Source of the DNA: Escherichia phage vB_EcoM-P3322
Sequence record: PV191315.1
DNA length: 64,000 nucleotides
Direction: 5' to 3' (one strand)
Shown here: in pieces, positions 1 to 9,000 of the stretch
Position numbering within the stretch: the stretch's first letter is position 1
How the letters are laid out: each line of letters begins with the position of its first letter
The notes under the pieces: generated by a model
Databases searched by the model: none
What the model was told of the DNA's origin: nothing
Seen by the model: the letters and a program-made list of their open reading frames with translations, nothing else
Made by a program: the position numbers and the translations under genes

Positions 1-222
1 TGGTAAAAGCATGTGTTGCTCATATTCAGCAAAAGTGTTTTTGTTAATCTCAAGCAAAGCACCCATCATAACATCATACTGATAATCTTTATGACCAGGA
101 TTGTTTAAAATAACATCTTCAAAGATATTAAGAAGAATCTTAGTAACAAAAGCATTGTTTTCGGCACCTTCCATCTGACGGATTACCGTGATTACTTCTT
201 TTTCTTTAGTGTTTTGGCTCAT
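1..222 (-). CDS. hypothetical protein (3' end cut by window edge)
   Basis: ATG at rc 220-222, 74 sense codons with no stop to position 1; begins MSQNTKEKEVITVIRQ. Confidence 0.45.
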   Translation of the reverse strand, partial: MSQNTKEKEVITVIRQMEGAENNAFVTKILLNIFEDVILNNPGHKDYQYDVMMGALLEINKNTFAEYEQHMLLP

Positions 223-412
223 AGTGTTTCTCCTCTGATTCTATTTGGATATAACCTGTGGTTTTGCACGGGTTACACTCGTAAATTTGACCTACATCCG
301 CCATAACATATCCTGCACCACCACAATAGGGACAAGGCATAGGAGGACAAGGTATGGACGTAGTGATTGTTACGACATTATCAATTTCCAACATTTTCGC
401 CATTATTACCAT
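206..412 (-). CDS. hypothetical small Cys-rich protein
   Basis: 68-aa ORF; CPPMPCPYCGG and CNPC motifs suggest a zinc ribbon. Confidence 0.45.
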   Translation of the reverse strand: MVIMAKMLEIDNVVTITTSIPCPPMPCPYCGGAGYVMADVGQIYECNPCKTTGYIQIESEEKHYEPKH

Positions 413-624
413 TCCGCTATTAACGTCAAACCAAGTGCATCGTTAAAACGCTCAACATTTGAGTATAGGTATGGAGGGGTTATTTGCTCTAAAATTTGTG
501 CTGCTTCCACTTGGTGTTCTATGTTTTGAGAAGTTCGGGCATAAACTAAGACACCCATTTTATTCAAAATAAAAACAGAATCAGACCCATCCAGCTTATC
601 AACGGCTGCATACATTTTAGTCAT
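406..624 (-). CDS. hypothetical protein
   Basis: Start moved to internal ATG (rc 622-624) preceded by AGGAGA RBS; minus-strand array. Confidence 0.5.
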   Translation of the reverse strand: MTKMYAAVDKLDGSDSVFILNKMGVLVYARTSQNIEHQVEAAQILEQITPPYLYSNVERFNDALGLTLIAEW

Positions 625-637
625 ATTTTCTCCTGGA

Positions 638-853
638 TTACCACTCAGCAACAAGACTAGGATTCATAGCAAAAGCTTTGAAAGTTGTTATGTCATGACT
701 AACATTAAAACTAACACCTTTTACTTTCTCTAGTATTTGAACTTTCGTCTCTCCGTCCCACGGCAGGATGATAACACCATCTGCTGTGATCAACCACCAA
801 TGGTTCTCTCCATCTCGTGAATCTTTTGCTTTGTATAGAAAATTGGAACTCAT
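638..853 (-). CDS. hypothetical protein
   Basis: 71-aa ORF in minus-strand array; C-terminus ...VAEW resembles neighbour 406-624. Confidence 0.5.
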   Translation of the reverse strand: MSSNFLYKAKDSRDGENHWWLITADGVIILPWDGETKVQILEKVKGVSFNVSHDITTFKAFAMNPSLVAEW

Positions 854-1054
854 TCTTCCTCCTGTTCGGTATTATTCACCTGTGAGACACAATGTAACAC
901 AAGCTTTGTGAGTTTGTCAAGGATCTAATTACATTCTACAGAAGAAGAGGGTTAATAACTATAGGAATAGTCTTACTATAGGTGCAATACTAGTTAAGAG
1001 TTAGATTGATAGGTAAGATTTATCTTAAACGGATAATTGATAGGTGAGTCAGCA

Positions 1055-1112
1055 TTGACTTTTTCAAAAAAATATGGTACCCTAAACATATGTTTACGAG
1101 CGATAGCGAGTA
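1055..1112 (+). promoter_or_regulatory. conserved promoter-like element copy A (TTGACT-N17-TACCCT, short hairpin, CGAGCGATAGCGAGTA box)
   Basis: TTGACT 1055-1060, TACCCT 1078-1083, palindrome AAACATATGTTT, box 1098-1112; second copy at 36432-36489. Confidence 0.45.
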
Positions 1113-1213
1113 GTAGATTTCTATATAATAGTGTTTCATGTTACTCACGATAGTGAGGTATGAAACGTAAGTGAAGGTAGATAAACTATGATCATCTATC
1201 TACCATCTATTAA

Positions 1214-1423
1214 TCAGTATAGATCCAATGTTAGACTAACAGTTATCCAACAAACAATAACAGTCCATATAACAAGTAATGATCTACAAACTACATCCCA
1301 TTCAAATACATTGTATGTTAACCATTCTCCCATCACAACACAAGAACCTAACCAACATCCGACAATAACTATAATCCAATAAAAGAATCCTACAGTAGAG
1401 TATATAGCAAAAGCTTTTAACAT
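1214..1423 (-). CDS. small membrane protein
   Basis: 69 aa with two hydrophobic segments; GGAGGA RBS; ATG 4 nt after upstream stop. Confidence 0.5.
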   Translation of the reverse strand: MLKAFAIYSTVGFFYWIIVIVGCWLGSCVVMGEWLTYNVFEWDVVCRSLLVIWTVIVCWITVSLTLDLY

Positions 1424-1836
1424 CTTTCCTCCAGAAGTTGTTCAACAGTTTGACGAGTATGATTGTCCCAGTAAACCTTAGTGAAGTCAAGAGTTCCTTG
1501 TTCGTTTCTCTTAGTTTCGAAGAAGTATCCGCCTTCTCTTTCTACTCTGTCTCTAATGTGCTCTATGAGGTGCTTTTTACAAGATGCTGATAAACAATAG
1601 TCATACTCCCCACGAAGCAATGCTATAGCTGCAAGTCTGTTATCACCAACTTGAGATATTGTCCAAGAAAGCATACTACCTTTTATACCTAAAGGTGTTT
1701 GTTTAATTGAATATCCACCATACCGACTGATAGAAATTATGGCAAGTGGTTCTCCTGTTAGAGATCTTCCTAATGCACCTTCTGTTGGACTTCCTTCAAC
1801 AATACGTTTGAAAAAAGCTTTGATCTTACCTAACAT
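1417..1836 (-). CDS. hypothetical protein
   Basis: 139-aa ORF, minus-strand array, start/stop overlaps with neighbours. Confidence 0.55.
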   Translation of the reverse strand: MLGKIKAFFKRIVEGSPTEGALGRSLTGEPLAIISISRYGGYSIKQTPLGIKGSMLSWTISQVGDNRLAAIALLRGEYDYCLSASCKKHLIEHIRDRVEREGGYFFETKRNEQGTLDFTKVYWDNHTRQTVEQLLEERC

Positions 1837-1853
1837 AAGTCCCCCTTAAAAAT

Positions 1854-1988
1854 TTACTTGTTTAAAGTATCTCTTACTTGTTCTGCTTGACGTTTAGTAA
1901 TAAAAGTCCCAACCGAAACGTTAAACTCATTGACTACAGAGAACGATCCATCACGGTTCTCACGAATATTAAACAATTTCTTACTCAT
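1854..1988 (-). CDS. hypothetical small protein
   Basis: 44-aa ORF (MSKKLFNIREN...) with GGAGG RBS; below ORF-track size cutoff. Confidence 0.4.
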   Translation of the reverse strand: MSKKLFNIRENRDGSFSVVNEFNVSVGTFITKRQAEQVRDTLNK

Positions 1989-2184
1989 TTCTACCTCCTT
2001 CAATGCTTTGTGCCGTACCATCCCAAGCCATTAGAATGTTTTCCAATAGTTCACGAGGCTCTTTAAACCAAACTTCCATTTCATCAAGAATCTCGTCCGT
2101 GTCGTAAGTATAACCTGGAACACCAAGTTCACATTTCTTAAGATAGCTTTCTAACCAGCGGTGATAATTCTTAACCCCATTCAT
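1981..2184 (-). CDS. hypothetical protein
   Basis: 67-aa ORF in minus-strand array. Confidence 0.5.
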   Translation of the reverse strand: MNGVKNYHRWLESYLKKCELGVPGYTYDTDEILDEMEVWFKEPRELLENILMAWDGTAQSIEGGRNE

Positions 2185-2557
2185 ACTGTGCTACCTTTTC
2201 TTTTACCCAATCTACACGATCTTTATCATAATGTTGAGTGCCAAGGAAAAGACCATTGTGGAAACTTTCCTCACCGAAAGGATAAATTGGATCTAAACCA
2301 TCTTCTTCAAACAACATTTTTAATCTGTTTGATGTAGATTTCTTAGTTTCTGAATTGTAGTTTGTGGTTATAAGCCAATCTTCCAAACAACGACACAAGC
2401 CTTGACGAGAATCCCAAGGAAAAACACAATCTCCGACAGGAGCTTGTTCCGCCCATTTCAACCAACCTTTAAAAAAGTTATACAATATGTAGTCTTCAGT
2501 GTAATACATTAGCGCCTCCTTTACATATACAATAACACCCCGCAGAACGGGGTGCAA
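2171..2557 (-). CDS. hypothetical protein, paralog family A
   Basis: Shares GLC...YPF...R(V/I)xWVKxR motif set with 5 other ORFs in 2-15 kb. Confidence 0.55.
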   Translation of the reverse strand: MHPVLRGVIVYVKEALMYYTEDYILYNFFKGWLKWAEQAPVGDCVFPWDSRQGLCRCLEDWLITTNYNSETKKSTSNRLKMLFEEDGLDPIYPFGEESFHNGLFLGTQHYDKDRVDWVKEKVAQYEWG

Positions 2558-2560
2558 CTA

Positions 2561-3172
2561 TTATTTAATCTGTTTAAAAATTTCGTTTGGAACGGTACCG
2601 TTTAAAATACCTTCTACGATCTCTTGTGCAGATGTGTAAGAGAGTCCAAAAGAAGCTACGCCTAAAATTGCCTCCTTCAAAGGATCTGGCAGGGGTTCAA
2701 AATTACCTGCAACAAAGCCACCTGCACAAGCAGCGCCTTCATCATCCCAGAAAACAACTGCTACATCGTTACCATGCGAAGTTGTGCGATGTGCAATAAC
2801 TTCAACTTCGGTGCCTTCTTTAGGAATAGAATAAGAACTGTCCCAAGAATATCTTTCCAAATCAGGAACAAAGATAACCTTTACACCTACTGGCGGCAGT
2901 TCACAACGATAATACCAAGAATTTTTTTCGTTCATTGTTTTATTTTCCTCCACGTCTTCAAAAGTAACGATCCAATCGTAGCCGTAAGAAAACGGATATT
3001 TTAGATCTAAAGAATAAGTTTGACCCAGATCGTCCTCAACAAGAACCATCCTATCAAAGTTTGCGATGTTAGGATTATGTTTAATGACAGGATATGTTTC
3101 CCCTACAGTAAATTGTCCCAAATGGTAAAGTTCATCTCTCCAAGTAATTTGGATATGAGTGCATTGAATCAT
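2561..3172 (-). CDS. hypothetical protein
   Basis: 203-aa ORF, no recognised motif. Confidence 0.55.
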   Translation of the reverse strand: MIQCTHIQITWRDELYHLGQFTVGETYPVIKHNPNIANFDRMVLVEDDLGQTYSLDLKYPFSYGYDWIVTFEDVEENKTMNEKNSWYYRCELPPVGVKVIFVPDLERYSWDSSYSIPKEGTEVEVIAHRTTSHGNDVAVVFWDDEGAACAGGFVAGNFEPLPDPLKEAILGVASFGLSYTSAQEIVEGILNGTVPNEIFKQIK

Positions 3173-3176
3173 AAAA

Positions 3177-3449
3177 TCACCCCCAAGAAATATTTATATA
3201 TCTTACAATGTTTGCACTGTCTAAAGCCATGTTTGCACCACACCCACGCTCGCGCCAGTAACTAACAATACCTTCACAGATACTCTCTTGTATCTTCTTA
3301 TCACTTGGCATTTCTAGTATAAGACTTGGGTTGTGGATGTTTATGTTATAATATCCTTCCTCTGCGGCTTGAGCTACCAATTTACTTACTTTTTCAAAGT
3401 ACGGGGAATTAGTGGCATCTGCCATTGTTTTTAAGGTTTGTCTATCCAT
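3177..3449 (-). CDS. hypothetical protein
   Basis: 90-aa ORF in minus-strand array. Confidence 0.5.
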   Translation of the reverse strand: MDRQTLKTMADATNSPYFEKVSKLVAQAAEEGYYNINIHNPSLILEMPSDKKIQESICEGIVSYWRERGCGANMALDSANIVRYINISWG

Positions 3450-3814
3450 TATTCTGCCTCATCATAGAAGAAATCCAACTCTTGTTCCAGTTGTTTAACT
3501 CGATCCTTAACCCACTGTACACGTTTTTCATTAAACATGCAACGTTTTTCCTTACACTCTTGCTCAAAAGATTTTGCTGTGTTAAATGGGAAAGTTGTAT
3601 CTAAGCCAGCGTTTTCAAAACTGGCTAATTGCATACCATAAACAGAATATGCTAAAGAATGCTCGGCCCGAAATTCATCACTTATATACATACGTAGACC
3701 TCGGCATAAGCCAACATCAGCGTAACCACTTTCTCTTGGAAAGAGCCGGAGGTGTTCTAACCAATTATTATAGAAATCTAAAAGAATCCTCTTACACTTC
3801 AAATCGATTGTCAT
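3449..3814 (-). CDS. hypothetical protein, paralog family A
   Basis: Start at internal ATG (rc 3812-3814) with GAAGGAGA RBS; GLC / FPF / RVQWVKDR motifs. Confidence 0.55.
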   Translation of the reverse strand: MTIDLKCKRILLDFYNNWLEHLRLFPRESGYADVGLCRGLRMYISDEFRAEHSLAYSVYGMQLASFENAGLDTTFPFNTAKSFEQECKEKRCMFNEKRVQWVKDRVKQLEQELDFFYDEAE

Positions 3815-4214
3815 AAAAAGTTTCTCCTTCATCAAACAAGTTGGCAAGATTGTTCACGGCAATCTGGGTGGAAAGAAGACAACTGTTTGCAGACACATAA
3901 GCACGAGCTATTTTGTAAACATAGACTTTCGTATTACAATTATCTAGGATCGGAAGACTTTCGTCGATAGCATCTATAACACTAAACATCACATCTAAAA
4001 CTTTAATGGTGAGTGTTGTATTTGTATCTTCGTAACCTTTTTCAATCCGACCTGAATAGAAAGCATAGTCCTCAACAGTTCGTCGTTTAAACTGGCGCAT
4101 AAAATCGGAACCATCTGTAGCAGAATTGAACAAATTTTCAAAAAATACGTCCCATCCGGCAAAAAGGGCTGACAGCATGATTAAGTGATCTACAGATTCA
4201 TTTTCTTGTTTCAT
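3792..4214 (-). CDS. hypothetical protein
   Basis: 140-aa ORF in minus-strand array. Confidence 0.5.
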   Translation of the reverse strand: MKQENESVDHLIMLSALFAGWDVFFENLFNSATDGSDFMRQFKRRTVEDYAFYSGRIEKGYEDTNTTLTIKVLDVMFSVIDAIDESLPILDNCNTKVYVYKIARAYVSANSCLLSTQIAVNNLANLFDEGETFYDNRFEV

Positions 4215-4222
4215 ATCCTCTC

Positions 4223-4900
4223 CTATTTAATGTTCAGTCTGGCACACAAACGAGAAACAGTTTTAGCATCCCATTTACCACCACGTGCTGTTGCTATTTT
4301 CTTACTATTGAATTTTTCAGCAATAGTTTTGTAAGGGGTATTTAAATCTCTAAGGATCTCCAAGCGTTCACGGAATGTCTCTGCAAAAGCGTCTGCTTTA
4401 ACAGAATTGTATTCCATTTTTCCTTTTCTACGTGCAGCGGCAGTTTTAGGATTAGCACTGCCTAATAAAACACCTTTACTTTTTGCTACAGCAAGACCCT
4501 TTTTAATACGATCAGCAATACCTCTAACTTCTTGTTCAGCCAGAACAGACAGAAGCTGTATAACCATTTTATCTGCGTCTGGCATAATGGCTATCTTAAC
4601 ATCGATCATTTCTAGAAGAGTTGCTACGGAGGCGTTGTTACGACCCAAGCGGTCAACTTTAGCTACCAATAAAGTTGCTCCGGTAGCTTTACACATTTCA
4701 ACCGCTTTAACCAGTTCCTTACGTTGCTTCCAATCGCCCTTACCCGAATAGTATTCAGAAAATTGACCAATAACTTCCGCATCAGGCACAGAGTCTAAGA
4801 AGTAACGGATATCATTCTCTTGGCTCTCCATACCATATTGTGCCTCACCTTTTTTCTGTTTAGAAAGACGACTGTAAACAACAAACTTTTTCATAACCAC
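4223..4900 (-). CDS. small serine recombinase (resolvase/invertase family)
   Basis: N-terminal VYSRLSKQ catalytic-Ser region, LLVAKVDRLGRN signature, C-terminal basic HTH-like tail; own promoter. Confidence 0.8.
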   Translation of the reverse strand: MVMKKFVVYSRLSKQKKGEAQYGMESQENDIRYFLDSVPDAEVIGQFSEYYSGKGDWKQRKELVKAVEMCKATGATLLVAKVDRLGRNNASVATLLEMIDVKIAIMPDADKMVIQLLSVLAEQEVRGIADRIKKGLAVAKSKGVLLGSANPKTAAARRKGKMEYNSVKADAFAETFRERLEILRDLNTPYKTIAEKFNSKKIATARGGKWDAKTVSRLCARLNIK

Positions 4901-4923
4901 TCCTAAACTATTGCTGTATTCTC

Positions 4924-4952
4924 ACTTTACAAAACGAATAAACACTTGTCAA
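4924..4952 (-). promoter_or_regulatory. sigma70-like promoter of recombinase gene
   Basis: rc strand TTGACA (4947-4952), 17-nt spacer, TAAAGT (4924-4929); AGGAG RBS follows. Confidence 0.5.
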
Positions 4953-4964
4953 GGTATTTATTAT

Positions 4965-5177
4965 TTACAGCCATTCTACTCTTAAGCAGTATTCCTCGAC
5001 ATGTTGTTTACGCTTGTTTTTGTCTATGTAAGTGTATTCAACAAATGTCCCAAGATAGTCCTTGTCTACATTGTGTGGGCTATTGATTGGACATTTAGTA
5101 CGACAAACCCGTTGCCACTGACGAAGAATTACGGCTTTGTTTTTAGGATCAAAGGGATGAGGGTAATGTACCTTCAT
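4965..5177 (-). CDS. hypothetical protein
   Basis: 70-aa ORF. Confidence 0.45.
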   Translation of the reverse strand: MKVHYPHPFDPKNKAVILRQWQRVCRTKCPINSPHNVDKDYLGTFVEYTYIDKNKRKQHVEEYCLRVEWL

Positions 5178-5501
5178 TCACGCCTCCTGTTTTAGTCGAA
5201 AAATATTTTGAATAACTAGAGATGTATAGTTATCACCTAGTCCCATAAGTTCTACTTCCAAGTTTCGAATATCCTCCACCGTAGGAGGATATGTTGGTAA
5301 AAATGCTTGAGCATTACCAGATCCAACTTCATTGCTGTAAGCAGTTGTAAAATTGTAAGATACAAAACATGAAACACCTTTTTGTCGGTACCCGATTAAT
5401 CGACGAATACACCAGATAAGAGCCAAACCTATGAGAACACCTCCTAAACCAGCTAACAAGAAGGATAAGTTCATAATAGCTTCGTTAACAACTGCTTCCA
5501 T
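5178..5501 (-). CDS. membrane protein
   Basis: 107 aa; N-terminal hydrophobic helix LSFLLAGLGGVLIGLALIW. Confidence 0.5.
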   Translation of the reverse strand: MEAVVNEAIMNLSFLLAGLGGVLIGLALIWCIRRLIGYRQKGVSCFVSYNFTTAYSNEVGSGNAQAFLPTYPPTVEDIRNLEVELMGLGDNYTSLVIQNIFRLKQEA

Positions 5502-5511
5502 TCTTTTCTCC

Positions 5512-5811
5512 TTAGTTATGTAAACCCAAATGTGCTACAACTTCTCTACGATAAGACAACTGCATAGCGATTTTATAGCCAGGATGAAAACCATTTACAT
5601 CAATGTCATCAAACCAAATCTCAAACGAACCGTGCTTAAGAGTCATTAAGTTGATATACCATTCGATAATATAATGATCGTCAGCAATACCTTCGATGTA
5701 AAATTCTCGGCAACAGTGAGATAGGTCTTCACTCGTTTCACGTTTCCAGTCTTTGATAGCACCCTTCTCTTTGGCTTTATTCAGAATCTGGATCAGGTCT
5801 TCAACTTGCAT
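5512..5811 (-). CDS. hypothetical protein
   Basis: 99-aa ORF. Confidence 0.5.
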   Translation of the reverse strand: MQVEDLIQILNKAKEKGAIKDWKRETSEDLSHCCREFYIEGIADDHYIIEWYINLMTLKHGSFEIWFDDIDVNGFHPGYKIAMQLSYRREVVAHLGLHN

Positions 5812-5864
5812 TTTCTCTCCTTTTGTGGTTAATCTTTATATTTTAAATATTGCACCGTTTTCTG

Positions 5865-6278
5865 TCAAATAGCCTCTTTCTCTAAAACAACTCTTTGGAT
5901 CACAACATCTTCAATGTTTGCCAAACAATGACCCAAAGTCAATCCCGCCTTGAAAGGTGCTTGTAGCTTGGATTCGGCTTCTACGCGAACAGAATGTTCC
6001 GCTCCGCACATGGTGTAATCTACACGGTAAACGTTTAAACCTAAGAACATAGATTCTTCTTCTTCACAACAAGGATTGAGTTCAGCCCAGTCCCAAGCAT
6101 CTCCTTCTAAAGCAAATGGAGTGTTGTAATTGAAGAAAGTGCAGCGCGGATATTCCCCGTTGAAAGAATCTTTCAGCAGAATATATTTCTTACCGTTTGC
6201 ATGGAAGAGTTCTCCTTTGATAACCTTACCTACAAGGATATCACTGTTAGTGGAACGGGTGCAAATAAACTTTTTCAT
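5865..6278 (-). CDS. hypothetical protein
   Basis: 137-aa ORF. Confidence 0.55.
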   Translation of the reverse strand: MKKFICTRSTNSDILVGKVIKGELFHANGKKYILLKDSFNGEYPRCTFFNYNTPFALEGDAWDWAELNPCCEEEESMFLGLNVYRVDYTMCGAEHSVRVEAESKLQAPFKAGLTLGHCLANIEDVVIQRVVLEKEAI

Positions 6279-6332
6279 GATTTTCTCCTCTTTGTTTCGA
6301 TGAGATGATTATGACAAAGACAGATCCTTCTG

Positions 6333-6659
6333 TCAACTATTTATTTCTTCTGCTACACGTTCTTTTACCCAGTTCACACGATCCACATTCAAATGACAAC
6401 GGCTTTTTTCCGCTTCTAAGGTGTACTTTCCAAAATTACTGTTGAAAGGCAACACCATAACCAAATCTTTGTGGTAGAACTGCTCATGCATTTCATCCAG
6501 TACGGGTTCGTATCGTTCGCTTTCACCCATATCGTAAAAATCATAGAGGTTCGAGCACAAACCTGTGCAACGGGTGAACGGTTCGCCTTCAGGAGCACCA
6601 GCTTCCAACCATGCCAAATACGTGCGGTAAAATGTTAATAGTTCTTCGCTCATTTCCAC
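6333..6659 (-). CDS. hypothetical protein, paralog family A
   Basis: FYxxYLAWLEAGAP...GLC...LPF...RVNWVKER; closest to 7092-7418. Confidence 0.55.
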   Translation of the reverse strand: MEMSEELLTFYRTYLAWLEAGAPEGEPFTRCTGLCSNLYDFYDMGESERYEPVLDEMHEQFYHKDLVMVLPFNSNFGKYTLEAEKSRCHLNVDRVNWVKERVAEEINS

Positions 6660-6868
6660 TCTCCTTCATGATAGTAAACCTCAAAAGAATAGTAAGTGAA
6701 CATGCTCATTGTAACACCTGCCATTTCTGGATCAACGGAAGTGTTGTTATACATGTCAACTACTGCCTGACCCGCTGCTTTGGCATGTGCTGCCGAATCA
6801 CAAGCACAAACATCTTTCTCCCACGGAAACTTGCCATCATACTTAAGACGCACAATCCACATGATCAT
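6650..6868 (-). CDS. hypothetical protein
   Basis: 72-aa ORF. Confidence 0.45.
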   Translation of the reverse strand: MIMWIVRLKYDGKFPWEKDVCACDSAAHAKAAGQAVVDMYNNTSVDPEMAGVTMSMFTYYSFEVYYHEGEWK

Positions 6869-7092
6869 TCTTCCATCTCAAACCATTCAGGGAACACTTT
6901 GCGGAAGACCCGCGTGTTTTCTAAGAGAAATTCCAACTCTTTTTCCAAATCTGCGTTCCAACCGTTTATTTTAACACGGATTGCCAATGCACTTGCACGG
7001 CGACTCAATTCTTGACAGATTGGATCACGCAGAACTATTGAGTCATAAAACTGACAAACAGCCTCAAGTTCATACCAGTTATAATCCGACAT
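6865..7092 (-). CDS. hypothetical protein
   Basis: 75-aa ORF. Confidence 0.45.
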   Translation of the reverse strand: MSDYNWYELEAVCQFYDSIVLRDPICQELSRRASALAIRVKINGWNADLEKELEFLLENTRVFRKVFPEWFEMEE

Positions 7093-7418
7093 TATTCATC
7101 CTCCTCTGCAATACGATCTCTTACCCAATTAATCCTGTCCACATTCAGGTGACATACCTCTGCATCTGATTCTAAGACATATGCATCGTAGTTCTCATTG
7201 AAGGGTAATTCTTGACTCAACCCTTTGTGGTAAAACTGTGCGTGCATTTCATCTGCCAAGGTTGTTATAAGGGGATTGTAGCCATCCGCGTGCACATAGT
7301 CGAATAAGTTGGCACACAAACCGCAATCCCGCCGAAAAGGTTTACCATCAGGAGCACCAACATCAATCCATGCTAGATAAATTTTATAAAACTCCATCAA
7401 CCTTGCGCTTGTTTTCAT
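7092..7418 (-). CDS. hypothetical protein, paralog family A
   Basis: FYKIYLAWIDVGAP...GLC...LPF...RINWVRDR. Confidence 0.55.
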   Translation of the reverse strand: MKTSARLMEFYKIYLAWIDVGAPDGKPFRRDCGLCANLFDYVHADGYNPLITTLADEMHAQFYHKGLSQELPFNENYDAYVLESDAEVCHLNVDRINWVRDRIAEEDE

Positions 7419-7656
7419 TTAGCCACCTCGTTAGTTTTTCTTGCTCTTTGTTTGCGCGTTCTAAGCTTCTGAACTTTAAACAGAGGGAACGAGAATCCCT
7501 ACCCATGCACAAGCTTTCATCTAAGCTGTGCTCCCCAACCAACCAAAGAGAGTATGTTTGAACATCTAACCCATAGTTTCTGTCTTTCCATAATCTCACC
7601 CCAAGAACATCAAAAGGCGCTTCCGCGACTAAAGAAAGAAACCGATCTTTATTCAT
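7384..7656 (-). CDS. hypothetical protein
   Basis: 90-aa ORF; 3' end overlaps next gene start. Confidence 0.4.
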   Translation of the reverse strand: MNKDRFLSLVAEAPFDVLGVRLWKDRNYGLDVQTYSLWLVGEHSLDESLCMGRDSRSLCLKFRSLERANKEQEKLTRWLNENKRKVDGVL

Positions 7657-7714
7657 ATTACACCACCTTGCTCACGTTGATAATGTACACCATACATAAA
7701 ATAAATGTCAAGGC

Positions 7715-7933
7715 TTATCGACACAGATGGTTGTAACGATCTGCTTTATCCTCTGCTTCAGCAAAGTCAGCAATCAAGGAAGTTTTGAGTTCTTCCAACT
7801 CTTTCACCCAAGAGTCGTAATCGTTCTGTGTTTCTCCAATAGTTTGGAGAAAACAATCGTCGTAGCCAATAGACATGGCTAACTCGATAATACGTTCCAG
7901 TTTTTCTTCCATCACTTCTCTCCTTCTACACAC
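7715..7933 (-). CDS. hypothetical protein
   Basis: 72-aa acidic ORF. Confidence 0.45.
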   Translation of the reverse strand: MCRRREVMEEKLERIIELAMSIGYDDCFLQTIGETQNDYDSWVKELEELKTSLIADFAEAEDKADRYNHLCR

Positions 7934-8274
7934 TTCTGTTTAACATAGAAGTAAGCACCACGAGCAAGATACAAATCATGTTCAATATCGCTCACAGGAA
8001 AACCATCTGGATTTTTAAAGCCATCTTCTACAGCCAAAATGAGAGATCGTAAACTGATAGCTAACAACTCCATTTGATCTTGTAGTTTTCTATTTTCTGC
8101 GTAAAGGTTTTTGCATTTTTGTTCTGCATTTTTCCATTGTTCTAGTGCATGATCATAGCGGTGCATAAGAATAGCTTTTTCTTGTTCACGCTTAAAAGTT
8201 TCTTCACAAATGAAACCCGTGCCTAAACCAGTTTCTTCATCTTTAACAAATACTTCAACAAAATCTTTAGACAT
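7912..8274 (-). CDS. hypothetical protein
   Basis: Start moved to internal ATG (rc 8272-8274, MSKDFVEV...) with AGGAGA RBS. Confidence 0.5.
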   Translation of the reverse strand: MSKDFVEVFVKDEETGLGTGFICEETFKREQEKAILMHRYDHALEQWKNAEQKCKNLYAENRKLQDQMELLAISLRSLILAVEDGFKNPDGFPVSDIEHDLYLARGAYFYVKQKCVEGEK

Positions 8275-8275
8275 A

Positions 8276-8539
8276 TTATCTCCTATTTGCTTTTGGATAC
8301 TCCCAACCCTCTGGGAGATCTTCTTTACACATCCACTCAAAAGGCCAGCGACAATAACTGTGCCACTTTCCATCGAGATACAAGCAATCTTCATCTACTG
8401 GTCCACAAGGGTTGATAACTACAACACACCCTTTCGCTCGCCAATATTGAACTATTTCAGGGTAAAAACAAGAAACGTCGGTCCACTCCCAAATACGCTC
8501 ATCATTCAAACGGTATGCTGCTGGCAATGTTTCTTCCAT
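8276..8539 (-). CDS. hypothetical protein
   Basis: 87-aa Trp/Cys-rich ORF. Confidence 0.5.
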   Translation of the reverse strand: MEETLPAAYRLNDERIWEWTDVSCFYPEIVQYWRAKGCVVVINPCGPVDEDCLYLDGKWHSYCRWPFEWMCKEDLPEGWEYPKANRR

Positions 8540-8543
8540 ATTA

Positions 8544-8990
8544 TTAAACCTCTGTCAAAGAGAAACGCCAATCCTTACTACTACCTACACCAAGGAAGAT
8601 ATAGTTTCCGGTACTAACGGAATATCTCCAAGCGGGAATCCAATCAGGAATCTCTGGCTTATGGCTGTAGCCATAACGCTCGCCACTCGAATCTGTTGCA
8701 ATATAATTAACAAATTCAGGAACCTCTAAAGTTTCACCTTGATACTCTACACGCTTGAAGCCATCTTCCACTTCTTTCTCACCTTCTACCAGACAAGCAA
8801 GAAGTTTGATGTGAGGGCAAGTGAAATCTTGTCCTGGATAACGTGAACGGATATCGGTTAACAATGCGATCACAGCATCCGATAACTCTTTATAATCCTC
8901 ATATCTTACAAATGTGCCTTCTGTCGGATCATCAGGACACAAACGCCAAGCATCGTTGCAGTTTACAGCATAATGTCGCACTTTAGTCAT
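8544..8990 (-). CDS. hypothetical protein
   Basis: 148-aa ORF. Confidence 0.55.
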   Translation of the reverse strand: MTKVRHYAVNCNDAWRLCPDDPTEGTFVRYEDYKELSDAVIALLTDIRSRYPGQDFTCPHIKLLACLVEGEKEVEDGFKRVEYQGETLEVPEFVNYIATDSSGERYGYSHKPEIPDWIPAWRYSVSTGNYIFLGVGSSKDWRFSLTEV

Positions 8991-9000
8991 AAATACCCCC

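Noticed and set aside
1188-1382. Plus-strand 64-aa ORF
   Set aside because: Low-complexity product, weak RBS, overlaps a minus-strand membrane-protein ORF that has a consensus RBS and operon-typical junction.
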